A model generated the notes under the pieces. The model searched no databases. It saw only the letters and a list, made by a program, of their open reading frames with translations, and was not told the origin of the DNA. 36,444 nucleotides of DNA from Paracoccaceae bacterium (GTDB taxonomy: Bacteria > Pseudomonadota > Alphaproteobacteria > Rhodobacterales > Rhodobacteraceae). The translations under genes were made by a program, and so were the position numbers. Positions 8,555 through 17,211 of this stretch are shown one piece after another (positions within the stretch are counted from its first letter, which is position 1; the number at the start of each line of letters is the position of its first letter). Location: NCBI GenBank assembly GCA_002401045.1, contig NVSA01000001.1:32216-68659 (forward strand), given 5' to 3'.

Positions 8555-9277
8555 ATGAAAAAGATCACCAAGAACACCCCTCATTGGCGAATCGCTCTGG
8601 AAACATTGCGTGGATGGATCATTGATGGAAAATTGATGGCTGGCGAAAAGCTAACCGAAGGCAAGCTTGCAGAAAAACTCAGCATTTCACGAACACCGCT
8701 ACGCGAAGCTTTGTTGCAATTAGAACAAGAAGGGCTTGTCGTTCGAAACCCTGGTGGTTTCTCTGCGGCATCGTTCACTTTAATCGACGTCCTAGATTCA
8801 ATTGAGATTCGCGGACACCTCGAAGGGGCAGCTGTGCGCTATGCCGTCGAACACGGCATCGAACCCTCACGTTTGGAACGACTTCAGGAAACTTTAAACA
8901 AAATCGACAAGACAGTACTTACAAAAGACCGTGTAAAATACGGTGAACTCAATACCATCGTCCATGAAGAGTTTGCAGCCTTGGCAAGCAGCCAATTGAT
9001 ACGATCCGAAGTTCTAAGAAGCTATCGCTATCCATTCGCACACCCAAGCGCGTTTCCGACCAATATCGCAGGGACAAACCACTTGGTCTTGACCATTGAA
9101 GATGGCCAAAAACAACACAAAGAAATCTTTGAGACGATAATCTTAGGCGATGGCAGAAAAGCAAGCGAGCTCATGTTACAGCACGCGCGCCACGCAATGG
9201 CCAATGTAGAGGCCGCCTATCTAGAAAAGATTAAAACCAACAAATCAATCCCCGCCTTGGCTTTAGTGACCAGTTAA
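8555..9277 (+). CDS. GntR family regulator with FCD domain (VanR/AphS-like)
   Basis: wHTH LAEKLSISRTPLREALLQLEQEGLV; FCD motifs EIRGHLEG, QHKEIF and MLQH. Confidence 0.92.
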   Translation: MKKITKNTPHWRIALETLRGWIIDGKLMAGEKLTEGKLAEKLSISRTPLREALLQLEQEGLVVRNPGGFSAASFTLIDVLDSIEIRGHLEGAAVRYAVEHGIEPSRLERLQETLNKIDKTVLTKDRVKYGELNTIVHEEFAALASSQLIRSEVLRSYRYPFAHPSAFPTNIAGTNHLVLTIEDGQKQHKEIFETIILGDGRKASELMLQHARHAMANVEAAYLEKIKTNKSIPALALVTS

Positions 9278-9279
9278 CC

Positions 9280-10284
9280 TTAATTTCCTGTGAGCGATAG
9301 TTGAAGTGCGACTCTTGTTGGGTTCAGGGTAGGGGCTCCATCGTATTTCCTTGGTGTGTCGTTGAGACGATCACAGATTTGTTTGATGTCCTGATCTGAC
9401 AACAAGCGGATGTCCCGTTTTCGAGGCAACCATCGACGGGCGCGTCTATTGGTGTTCTCTACGGTTCCCTTTTGCCATGGCGAGGAGGGATCACAGAACC
9501 ATGTTTGTATCCCCAACTCAGCCTGTAAATGCGGCCAGTTCATGAATTCGCTACCGCGGTCAAAAGTAATTGACCGGCGCGCGATATGGGGCAGGTCTTT
9601 GATCGCTTTGATGATCTTTCCCACGACCGGTTTGGTCCGCCTGTTCGGGTTCTTCAGGATCACGGTGAAGCGGCTGACACGTTCGACCAGAGTTGTGACA
9701 TTCGTCTGCCCAAGCCTTTGTTTGAATAGCATCAAATCGCCTTCCCAGTGTCCGAACTGGCGGCGGTGCGCCACGTCATCCGGTCGGAACAGGATGCTGA
9801 CATCACGATGGAATTTAGGCTCTCGACGCTTTCGTGTGCGCCTTGGACGACGGGCGACACGATGCGTCGGCAAGTACCACCACAAGTCATCTCGCTGACC
9901 TTCCTTGGAATAGATATAGCGATAGATCGTCTCCTGGCAGACTCGTAATTTGGCACCTTCATGGATCATCCGGTTGCCGATCTGCTCAGGCGTCCAGCCA
10001 TCCTTGATCCTCTCAATCACCCGTTTGCAAAGGTCTGGATATTTGATCAATTTTCGATCCCGCGCACGCCGATCTGCTGTCATTAACTGGGCTGCAGCGC
10101 CATAGTAGCCGTCATGTTTCGGCATGCTCTCATCAGAGAAATGATTGCGCCTCAGCTCGCGAAAGATCGTCGACCTGCACCGCTTCAAAACCCGCGCTAT
10201 TTCATCAACAGGGACTTTAGCCTGCCTCCAACGTTCTATTCTGCGACGTTCTGTGATAGTGAGTTGCCTATAAGTCGTTCCCAT
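9280..10284 (-). CDS. IS30 family DDE transposase with an aberrant C-terminus
   Basis: GHWEGDL, SITFDRGSEF and SPWQKGTVENTN. After LNDTPRK the frame reads through the inverted repeat and stops outside the element. Confidence 0.93.
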   Translation of the reverse strand: MGTTYRQLTITERRRIERWRQAKVPVDEIARVLKRCRSTIFRELRRNHFSDESMPKHDGYYGAAAQLMTADRRARDRKLIKYPDLCKRVIERIKDGWTPEQIGNRMIHEGAKLRVCQETIYRYIYSKEGQRDDLWWYLPTHRVARRPRRTRKRREPKFHRDVSILFRPDDVAHRRQFGHWEGDLMLFKQRLGQTNVTTLVERVSRFTVILKNPNRRTKPVVGKIIKAIKDLPHIARRSITFDRGSEFMNWPHLQAELGIQTWFCDPSSPWQKGTVENTNRRARRWLPRKRDIRLLSDQDIKQICDRLNDTPRKYDGAPTLNPTRVALQLSLTGN

Positions 10285-10350
10285 ACCGATTCCTCTCGTC
10301 AGGTAACGTATTGTTTTCTAACAAGAGTCGCAGTTGAGGGTAGCGCGCAC
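9290..10350 (-). mobile_element. IS30 family insertion sequence
   Basis: Imperfect terminal inverted repeats (GTGAGCG...TGCGACTCTTGTT at 9290-9319; AACAAGAGTCGCA...CGCGCAC at 10320-10350), flanked by a 2-bp CT direct repeat (9288-9289 and 10351-10352). Confidence 0.85.
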
Positions 10351-10425
10351 CTTAGATTGAGAAGTATGCGTCTAATGTTAATTATGTTAATAATAACGCC
10401 GCATAGTAACTTTCATCAATTGTAA

Positions 10426-11604
10426 TCAGCGCTCAACAATCAGCGCGATGCCTTGACCACCGCCAATGCACATTGTTGCCAGACCAAAACGCCCTCCAAT
10501 GCGTTCGAGTTCTGCTAGAAGCTTCACAAGAATAATGCTGCCCGAAGCGCCCAGTGGATGACCTAAAGCAATCGCGCCGCCATTGGGATTGGTTTTATCA
10601 GGGTCAAATTCTATATTTTGCGCTACAGCACAAGCCTGCGCCGCAAAGGCTTCATTGGATTCGATGACATCCATATCCGTAATTCTCAGGCCAGCGCGAC
10701 CCAAAGCCTGATTGACGGCGGGCACAGGCCCCAACCCCATGATCTCAGGTGCTACACCGCCAAGACCGTAAGAAACAATTCGTGCCATCGGGGTAATACC
10801 TTTGGCTATGGCCGCAGTTTCAGACATCAGAACCAAAGCCGCCGCCCCGTCATTAATCCCGCTTGAATTTCCAGAGGTGACCGTACCGTCTTTTTGAAAA
10901 GCAGGCCGCAATTTCTTCAAATCATCTAACTGCACATCTTTTCTAACATGCTCGTCGGTATCGAATATTACTTCCTTGCGGCCTTGTTTGACTTTTATGG
11001 GTAGAATCTGGCTCTTAAACCGCCCTTGGGAAATCGCCTTGGCAGCGCGTTGATGCGACGTAAAAGCAAAGGAATCTTGCATCTCGCGGGTAATGCCGAT
11101 TTTTGCGGCGATATTTTCTGCTGTAACCCCCATATGCCCATGCCCAAACGGATCATTCAGCACGCCAATCATCATATCAACAGCAGTAATATCCCCCATC
11201 TTTTTACCACTTCTAGCTTCGGTCATTAAATGGCCCGCACGGCTCATGGTCTCAACACCCCCCGCCATGGTACAATCCGAATGGCCGAGCATAATCGTCT
11301 CGGCCGCCGAAATAACCGCTTGCAGACCAGAGCCGCACAGACGGTTCAATGTCAAAGCTGGCGCACTGGTCGGAATGCCCGCACCGATCGCCGCAACACG
11401 CGAAATATACATGTCTTGTGGGGACGTATGGATAACATTGCCAAAAATGGTCTGCTTAATATCAGACGGCGTCACACCAGATCGGGCGATAGCTTCTTTG
11501 GCGATCAAAGTTGCTAGATCACAAGCCGAAACAGCTGAAAGAGCCCCGCCAAAACTTCCAATGGCTGTACGAATAGCTGAGGTAATGACGACGGTTTCAG
11601 TCAT
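10426..11604 (-). CDS. bktB: Beta-ketothiolase, BktB-like
   Basis: NRLCGSGLQA, NEAFAAQ, GGAIALGHP and CIGGGQG; the HTSPQDMYISRVA segment resembles the BktB subgroup. Confidence 0.85.
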   Translation of the reverse strand: MTETVVITSAIRTAIGSFGGALSAVSACDLATLIAKEAIARSGVTPSDIKQTIFGNVIHTSPQDMYISRVAAIGAGIPTSAPALTLNRLCGSGLQAVISAAETIMLGHSDCTMAGGVETMSRAGHLMTEARSGKKMGDITAVDMMIGVLNDPFGHGHMGVTAENIAAKIGITREMQDSFAFTSHQRAAKAISQGRFKSQILPIKVKQGRKEVIFDTDEHVRKDVQLDDLKKLRPAFQKDGTVTSGNSSGINDGAAALVLMSETAAIAKGITPMARIVSYGLGGVAPEIMGLGPVPAVNQALGRAGLRITDMDVIESNEAFAAQACAVAQNIEFDPDKTNPNGGAIALGHPLGASGSIILVKLLAELERIGGRFGLATMCIGGGQGIALIVER

Positions 11605-11635
11605 GGTATTATCCTTTGATATAAGTTCTATTTAA

Positions 11636-12685
11636 CTAAACCTTAGCCTTATCGAGAAGCTCAAGCGCACGAATGGCAAAACGGCGCGCAAGCGGTTCCA
11701 GCTCGGCAGCATTTTCACTAGCGGCTAGGCCAGCGGCGGCGCGATCCGCAATACCTACGAAAATCACCGCAAATCGGAACAATGCGAAAGCCTTGTGAAA
11801 CGGTGTCGGTGCGCCTACTTCAGGTAGGAAATCATTGTAATATGCGATGAATTCTGCCTCGCTGGGAATGCCCATGGCTGTAAAATCAAGGTCAAGAATT
11901 CCCCCGTATTCGCCTGAACTCGTATTCCAAGGCATGCAACAAAACCCCAGATCAGCCAGTGGATGACCAATGGTAGATAGTTCCCAATCCAGCACCGCAA
12001 CGACCCGTGGTTCCGTTGGGTGAAACATCAGATTGCCAATTCGAAAATCACCATGTGCGATAGAGGTCTGCCCGTCATCTTCGGGAATATTTTTCTGAAT
12101 CCAGTCGCGCAATGTGACTAATTCATCGATTTTTACCCGACTAGATGCATCAAGTTGCCCAGACCAACGCCCGACTTGGCGCGCGAAATAACCACTTGGC
12201 CGCCCAAAATCCGCAAGCCCCACTGCGTCGGGACGCACCGTATGGAGTTGCGCCAATGTCTTTGCCATCGCCAAATAAATATCATGCCGCTCGGTTGCAG
12301 ACACACCAGGAAGTGCCGCGTCGGAAAAAACCCGCCCGTCAATATAGTCCATCAAATAGAAAGGCGTGCCGATAAGGTCCCGATCCGCATGAAACAAAAT
12401 TGGCGTTGGAACGGGCACGTCGGTAGCCCCCAATGCCGTCAGCACACGGTATTCACGGTCAATCGCATGGGCACCTTTGGTCGCAATATGCATCGGCTGT
12501 TTTCGCAAAACCATACGCCGCGCACCCACGTTTACTTTGTAGGTCGGGTTTGACTGCCCGCCGCTGATTTGTTCAATTCCAACGTTAGCGTTCGGCGCAT
12601 CAAGTTCAGCCCGAAGAAACGTGATCAGTGGCGCTGGATCAAAATCCAGCGACCCCCTGATCTCAATTGAAGTATCTATATTCAT
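11636..12685 (-). CDS. APH-like phosphotransferase resembling the ACAD10/11 kinase domain (putative 4-hydroxyacyl-CoA kinase)
   Basis: GGQSNPTY, AHAIDREYRVL and HGDFRIGNLMFHPTEPRVVAVLDWELSTIGHPLADL. Confidence 0.85.
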   Translation of the reverse strand: MNIDTSIEIRGSLDFDPAPLITFLRAELDAPNANVGIEQISGGQSNPTYKVNVGARRMVLRKQPMHIATKGAHAIDREYRVLTALGATDVPVPTPILFHADRDLIGTPFYLMDYIDGRVFSDAALPGVSATERHDIYLAMAKTLAQLHTVRPDAVGLADFGRPSGYFARQVGRWSGQLDASSRVKIDELVTLRDWIQKNIPEDDGQTSIAHGDFRIGNLMFHPTEPRVVAVLDWELSTIGHPLADLGFCCMPWNTSSGEYGGILDLDFTAMGIPSEAEFIAYYNDFLPEVGAPTPFHKAFALFRFAVIFVGIADRAAAGLAASENAAELEPLARRFAIRALELLDKAKV

Positions 12686-14298
12686 GGCTGTGTTTCTCCG
12701 TGTGGGCTTGCCAGTTTTTTGGCGGATTCTCGTAAGGCAAGTTTCTGGATTTTACCCGTTGCTGTTTTTGGCAATTCCGCAAACACAAATATTCTTGGAA
12801 CTTTAAAGCGGGCTAATCGCTCGCGGCAAAATTCCAGCAAGACTTCTTCATCAAGACCGCTATTGGGGTGTGCTTCAATAAAAGCGCAGGGGATTTCGCC
12901 CCATTTTTCATCGGGAACAGCAACCACAGCGGCCATTGATACGTCGGGGTGACTGTGTAGGGCGTCTTCAACCTCTAGGCTTGAGATGTTCTCGCCGCCT
13001 GAAATAATAAGGTCTTTTGTACGATCCCGAATTTCGATGCGACCATCGGGGTGAAGCACTGCCAGATCGCCTGTGTGAAAAACCCCACCTTTGAATGCTT
13101 GTTGTGTCGCTTGCGGGTCTTGGTGATAGCCTGACATAATTGTGTTGCCGCATAAAACGATCTCGCCCAGCGTCGCGCCGTCCGCAGGCACTTGCTGGCC
13201 GTCATTATCGACGACCTTTACGATATTTGCTGTAATATGGCGCACACCTTGACGCGATAAAAGCCGCGCACGTTGTTCGGCGGGTTCCAGCATTTCTTGC
13301 GGATTAAGCTGCTGCATCGTTGTTGGGCCAAAACTTTCTGTCAGGCCATAAAGGTGGATAAATTCAAAGCCGAGCGCTTCCATATCCGTAATCAATGTGC
13401 TGGTCGGTGCGGCACCGCCACTGGCAACCCGCAAGGGTCGCGATGGATCGCGTAGCTTGCGCGCTGGATCGTTCAGCAACATGTAAAGTACAACGGGGGC
13501 GCAGGCCATATGGGTCACGCCGTAGGTCTCAATTAGCTGAAATATATCCGCTGGGATAACCTTATCGAGGCAAACATGCACACCGCCTGCGGCTGTCACG
13601 GCCCATGTATGACCCCACCCGTTGACGTGAAACATTGGCAAGGTCCACAAATAAACCGTCTGTGCATCGAAGCCCAATGAAATGATATTGCCCAAGGTGT
13701 TCAGATAGGCGCCACGGTGGTTTAGCAAGACGCCTTTTGGTTTGCCCGTCGTGCCAGAAGTATAGTTCAGCGCGATCGGCTGAAACTCATCTTTGATACC
13801 AGCGGCAAAAGAGCATTTTGTGACAGGTGAGGCCTCCAGTAAAGAGAGGCTCTCTTTAGGTGTATCGCCGGGAGAAAATACAAAATGAGGGACGCCAACC
13901 TTGGTGGCGGCCTCACCTGTCACAGATGCTCTAGCTGGATCAGCCAGAACGAGTTTAGCCCCAGAATGGGACAATATATATTCGGTCGCGGCAGGATCGA
14001 GCCGTGTATTTAGCGCGTTCAGGATCGCCCCTACCGCAGGAATAGCATAATGTGCCGCCAGCATTTCAGGGCGATTGCCACTCATGATCGCCACAACATC
14101 GCCAGAACCGATATTGTTTTCTTGCAACATTTCGATCATCGCGGTGACGATGCCTGCAAATTCAGCATAGCTCCAGCGGTTCCCTTGCCAAACCACCGCC
14201 GTGCGTGCTGGAAAGGCTTCGACCGCGCGGTCGAGAAAATCCAACGGAGTTAGCGCGCGCATATTGGCGACGTTTTGCAAAGAGACGGGGTTAGACAT
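12682..14298 (-). CDS. Acyl-CoA synthetase (LvaE-like medium-chain CoA ligase)
   Basis: NYTSGTTGKPKG, WTLPMFHVNGW, YGLTE, FHTGD, IISGGENISS and PKTATGK. Start placed at MSNPV behind GGAGAG. Confidence 0.9.
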   Translation of the reverse strand: MSNPVSLQNVANMRALTPLDFLDRAVEAFPARTAVVWQGNRWSYAEFAGIVTAMIEMLQENNIGSGDVVAIMSGNRPEMLAAHYAIPAVGAILNALNTRLDPAATEYILSHSGAKLVLADPARASVTGEAATKVGVPHFVFSPGDTPKESLSLLEASPVTKCSFAAGIKDEFQPIALNYTSGTTGKPKGVLLNHRGAYLNTLGNIISLGFDAQTVYLWTLPMFHVNGWGHTWAVTAAGGVHVCLDKVIPADIFQLIETYGVTHMACAPVVLYMLLNDPARKLRDPSRPLRVASGGAAPTSTLITDMEALGFEFIHLYGLTESFGPTTMQQLNPQEMLEPAEQRARLLSRQGVRHITANIVKVVDNDGQQVPADGATLGEIVLCGNTIMSGYHQDPQATQQAFKGGVFHTGDLAVLHPDGRIEIRDRTKDLIISGGENISSLEVEDALHSHPDVSMAAVVAVPDEKWGEIPCAFIEAHPNSGLDEEVLLEFCRERLARFKVPRIFVFAELPKTATGKIQKLALRESAKKLASPHGETQP

Positions 14299-15511
14299 TG
14301 CCCTCTCCAGTTGCCACATTCCAAGACCAAAAATCGCGGCCTAGATCGCCTAGATGACGGCTGAGAACCATTTTATGTACCTCATCCGCGCCATCAACCA
14401 ACCGCGCCTGACGAGCGTAACGATAAATCCATTCAAGCGGCGTATCCGTTGAATATCCACGCGCACCGTTAATCTGTATTGCAGTATCGGCGGCTTGATG
14501 CAGCAGGTTGGCAATATGAATTTTGGCCATCGAGACTTCTTTTTGTCCGTAGTTTCCTTGATCAATTTCCCAAGCGGCTTTCATCACTAGCAACCGACCA
14601 ATCTCGATATCCATTGCAAGCTTACCCAGCATCATTTGCACGCTTTCACGCTCAATCAGACGCTTGCCAAACCCTTCGCGGTGTTCGGCATATTCAGTCG
14701 CAATTTCAACACAACGTTTCGACAGACCCAACCAGCGCATACAATGTGTCAAACGTGCAGGGCCTAGACGCGCTTGGGTTACTTTCAACCCGCGTCCGAC
14801 ACCAACTAAAACGTCCTCGTCAGGTATCCGTAATCCGTCAAAAACAATTTCACAATGACCGCCATGTTCTTCTGGCCCCATGATCGGAATGCGTCTGGTA
14901 ATGTGCCAACCTGGTGTGTCCTTATGGAACAGAAACGCGGTCAATCCAGACCGAGGGTCATCAGATGTTCGCGCCATAAGCGTGAAATGTGCCGCACCAT
15001 CAGCCCCTGTGATAAACCACTTTTGCCCCTTAATAACCCATCCGTCGCCATCGCGTTTGGCATGGGTCTGGATCATGCTTGGATCAGAACCGCCCCCTGG
15101 GTGTGGTTCGGTCATCGCAAAGGCAGAACGTACTTCGCCCGTCACAATTGGTGTTAGCCAGCGTTCTTTTTGCGCGGTCGTCCCCAGCGTGTCCAACATC
15201 ATCATATTGCCGTCATCAGGGGCGGCAGAATTAAAGACAACAGGGCCGAAAATGGAACGGTTCATCTCTTCGTAGCAAACCGCCATGGCCATCTTGCCAA
15301 ACCCTTGACCACCCCATTCTTTTGAAACCTGAAGCGCCCAAAGCCCCGCAGATTTCGCTTTGGCGCGTAGCGGTGCCAAGCTTGCCTCTGAAATATTTCC
15401 ATGTGCATCATATGCATCTGGGTTTGCCTCTAGCGGCAAAATTTCAGTATCAACAAAAGCGGCGATGCGGGCGCGGTAGTCTTCTACCGTCGGGGTAAGT
15501 GTAAAATCCAT
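14291..15511 (-). CDS. Acyl-CoA dehydrogenase family protein, LvaC/ACAD10-11 type
   Basis: APDDGNM, FAMTEP..GSD, RLGPARLTHCMRWLG and RLVDGADEVH (Asp where classical ACADs have the catalytic Glu). Confidence 0.9.
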   Translation of the reverse strand: MDFTLTPTVEDYRARIAAFVDTEILPLEANPDAYDAHGNISEASLAPLRAKAKSAGLWALQVSKEWGGQGFGKMAMAVCYEEMNRSIFGPVVFNSAAPDDGNMMMLDTLGTTAQKERWLTPIVTGEVRSAFAMTEPHPGGGSDPSMIQTHAKRDGDGWVIKGQKWFITGADGAAHFTLMARTSDDPRSGLTAFLFHKDTPGWHITRRIPIMGPEEHGGHCEIVFDGLRIPDEDVLVGVGRGLKVTQARLGPARLTHCMRWLGLSKRCVEIATEYAEHREGFGKRLIERESVQMMLGKLAMDIEIGRLLVMKAAWEIDQGNYGQKEVSMAKIHIANLLHQAADTAIQINGARGYSTDTPLEWIYRYARQARLVDGADEVHKMVLSRHLGDLGRDFWSWNVATGEGNV

Positions 15512-15520
15512 TATATTTCC

Positions 15521-16270
15521 TTACAAGCTTGAAACAAGGTGACCGCCATCCACAGGAAGAGCGCAGCCTGTGACATAGGCGGCTCCATCGGATAGCAATA
15601 AAAGAAGCGGGGCATTAAGATCGGACAGCTGCCCCAAACGTCGTTGTGGGATGCGCTTGATTAACGCCTGCCCTGCATCGGTAGTGAAAAACGCGCTATT
15701 GAGCGGTGTTTCAATATAACCAGGGCACAGCGCATTCACCCGAATACCCCAACGCGCCCATTCCAGCGCGTGCGCTTTGGTCATCTGAACGAGAGCAGCT
15801 TTTGAAGCAGTATAGGCCGAAACACCCCCTGCAACCCGCAGGCCAAGGATTGAGGCAATATTGACGATTGCGCCCCCAGTTTCTTGCTGACGCATTGCGC
15901 GCGCGGCGGCCTGTGACACCAAAAAAGCACCTTTTAGATTGGTGTCTATAACGGTCGAAAACTCTGCCTCTGACATATCAAGCGCCATGCCCGTCCCTGA
16001 CACGCCCGCATTGTTGACCACAATTTGGGGTGAAGTTGTCATAGACGCGAACGCTATCTCAACCGAAGCGGCACTGGTGACATCCATCGCCACCGCCTCG
16101 GCACTGCCGCCACTCGCGGTAATTTCACTGGCAAGATCGGTGACCTTATCGAGACGCCGCGCCGCGAGTATCACGTGATAACCCGCATCCGCAAGCACAC
16201 GTCCGAAATGGGCACCAAGCCCGCTTGATGCGCCTGTAATAAGCGCGGGTATATTTTGCGTTGTTGTCAT
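15521..16270 (-). CDS. SDR oxidoreductase, LvaD-like (putative 4-oxoacyl-CoA reductase)
   Basis: TGASSGLG, AARR (NADP(H)-type), NNAG, YTASK and C-terminal VDGGHLVSSL. Confidence 0.85.
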   Translation of the reverse strand: MTTTQNIPALITGASSGLGAHFGRVLADAGYHVILAARRLDKVTDLASEITASGGSAEAVAMDVTSAASVEIAFASMTTSPQIVVNNAGVSGTGMALDMSEAEFSTVIDTNLKGAFLVSQAAARAMRQQETGGAIVNIASILGLRVAGGVSAYTASKAALVQMTKAHALEWARWGIRVNALCPGYIETPLNSAFFTTDAGQALIKRIPQRRLGQLSDLNAPLLLLLSDGAAYVTGCALPVDGGHLVSSL

Positions 16271-16292
16271 GTGACTGCCTAAATTGTGCTTA

Positions 16293-16408
16293 TCAAAACG
16301 GATATTGCTGGGCTGGATTTTCGACGGTAATTCATCTTAGATCGGTGAATTCATAAATTGCGGGACATCGGCTACGGTCGCCCCAGCGATCAAAAGTTCG
16401 GTTTCCAT
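16293..16408 (-). pseudogene. Remnant of an aldehyde dehydrogenase (vanillin/benzaldehyde dehydrogenase-like) with nearly the whole interior deleted
   Basis: RBS AAGGA plus METELLIAGATVA, joined out of frame to AIYEFTDLR*ITVENPAQQYPF*, which matches the ALDH C-terminal pattern EFTxLRWIT...YPF. Confidence 0.75.
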
Positions 16409-16419
16409 ATCCAGTTTCC

Positions 16420-17199
16420 TTAAGTAAAACCATTCGATGTGGTATCAATATGGGCGCGCATCCCGCCGTCACATGCAATATTCGTACCCCGCAACCACGC
16501 AGACGCAGGTGAGAGCAAAAACGTAACCACAGGGGCGATATCTTGGGGTGTTCCAGCCCGATCCATGGTCCGCATATCTTCCTCGGCACGTTCGCCGAGC
16601 GTTTCCAAAAAGTCCTTAAGGATAGGCGTATCCACAGGGCCAGGGCTGACCGCATTCATGCGAATACCGCGATCGCGCCAAGTCCAGCGGTTCTGTAGCG
16701 TCCAAGCCACAAGCGCCTGCTTGGTAAAGAAATAACTATTCTCAAGCGTAATGCCTTGCGCTTTGCAAAAATCACCAACACCATCGTAGGTAAGCGTTTC
16801 AGCCACCTTGATTTTAGCTATTTCATCTTCCCAACCAATCCCCGCCAAAGACGCAAGATTCACGATTGAAGCACCATCGGCAAGGCTGTCAATCAGCCCC
16901 AAAGTCAGGCGTTTTAACGCAACTAAATTTACCGTTACAACCATTTCAGGCGGGGCCGTTGGTGGCACGCCTGCAATATTGGCCAACCCATCCGCTTTCA
17001 ACTCTTTTAACGTGTTGATTAATGCATCAACTGCCGCTTCATCGGTCAAATCAACTTGATGAAACCCATCCAGTTCAATTGACGGCGGATTACGATCAAC
17101 ACCGATCACCCGCCCCCCTGCTGCCCGCACTTGGCGGACAGTTTCTTGACCTATCCCAGAAGAAACCCCCGTGACGATAATGGTTTTACCTTTTAACAT
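16420..17199 (-). CDS. SDR alcohol dehydrogenase (coniferyl-alcohol dehydrogenase CalA / 3alpha-HSD-like)
   Basis: TGVSSGIG, GVDRN, NIAGVP, NLASLAG, YFFTK and SPGPVDTPILKDF. Confidence 0.85.
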   Translation of the reverse strand: MLKGKTIIVTGVSSGIGQETVRQVRAAGGRVIGVDRNPPSIELDGFHQVDLTDEAAVDALINTLKELKADGLANIAGVPPTAPPEMVVTVNLVALKRLTLGLIDSLADGASIVNLASLAGIGWEDEIAKIKVAETLTYDGVGDFCKAQGITLENSYFFTKQALVAWTLQNRWTWRDRGIRMNAVSPGPVDTPILKDFLETLGERAEEDMRTMDRAGTPQDIAPVVTFLLSPASAWLRGTNIACDGGMRAHIDTTSNGFT

Positions 17200-17211
17200 G
17201 GTGTGCTTTCC

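Noticed and set aside
11636-12685. Aminoglycoside phosphotransferase resistance gene
   Set aside because: The motifs and the position between a CoA ligase and a thiolase fit the ACAD10/11-type metabolic kinase, not a resistance APH.
16332-16655. 107-aa minus-strand ORF
   Set aside because: Mostly an alternate frame of the CalA-like gene; only its last residues belong to the ALDH remnant.
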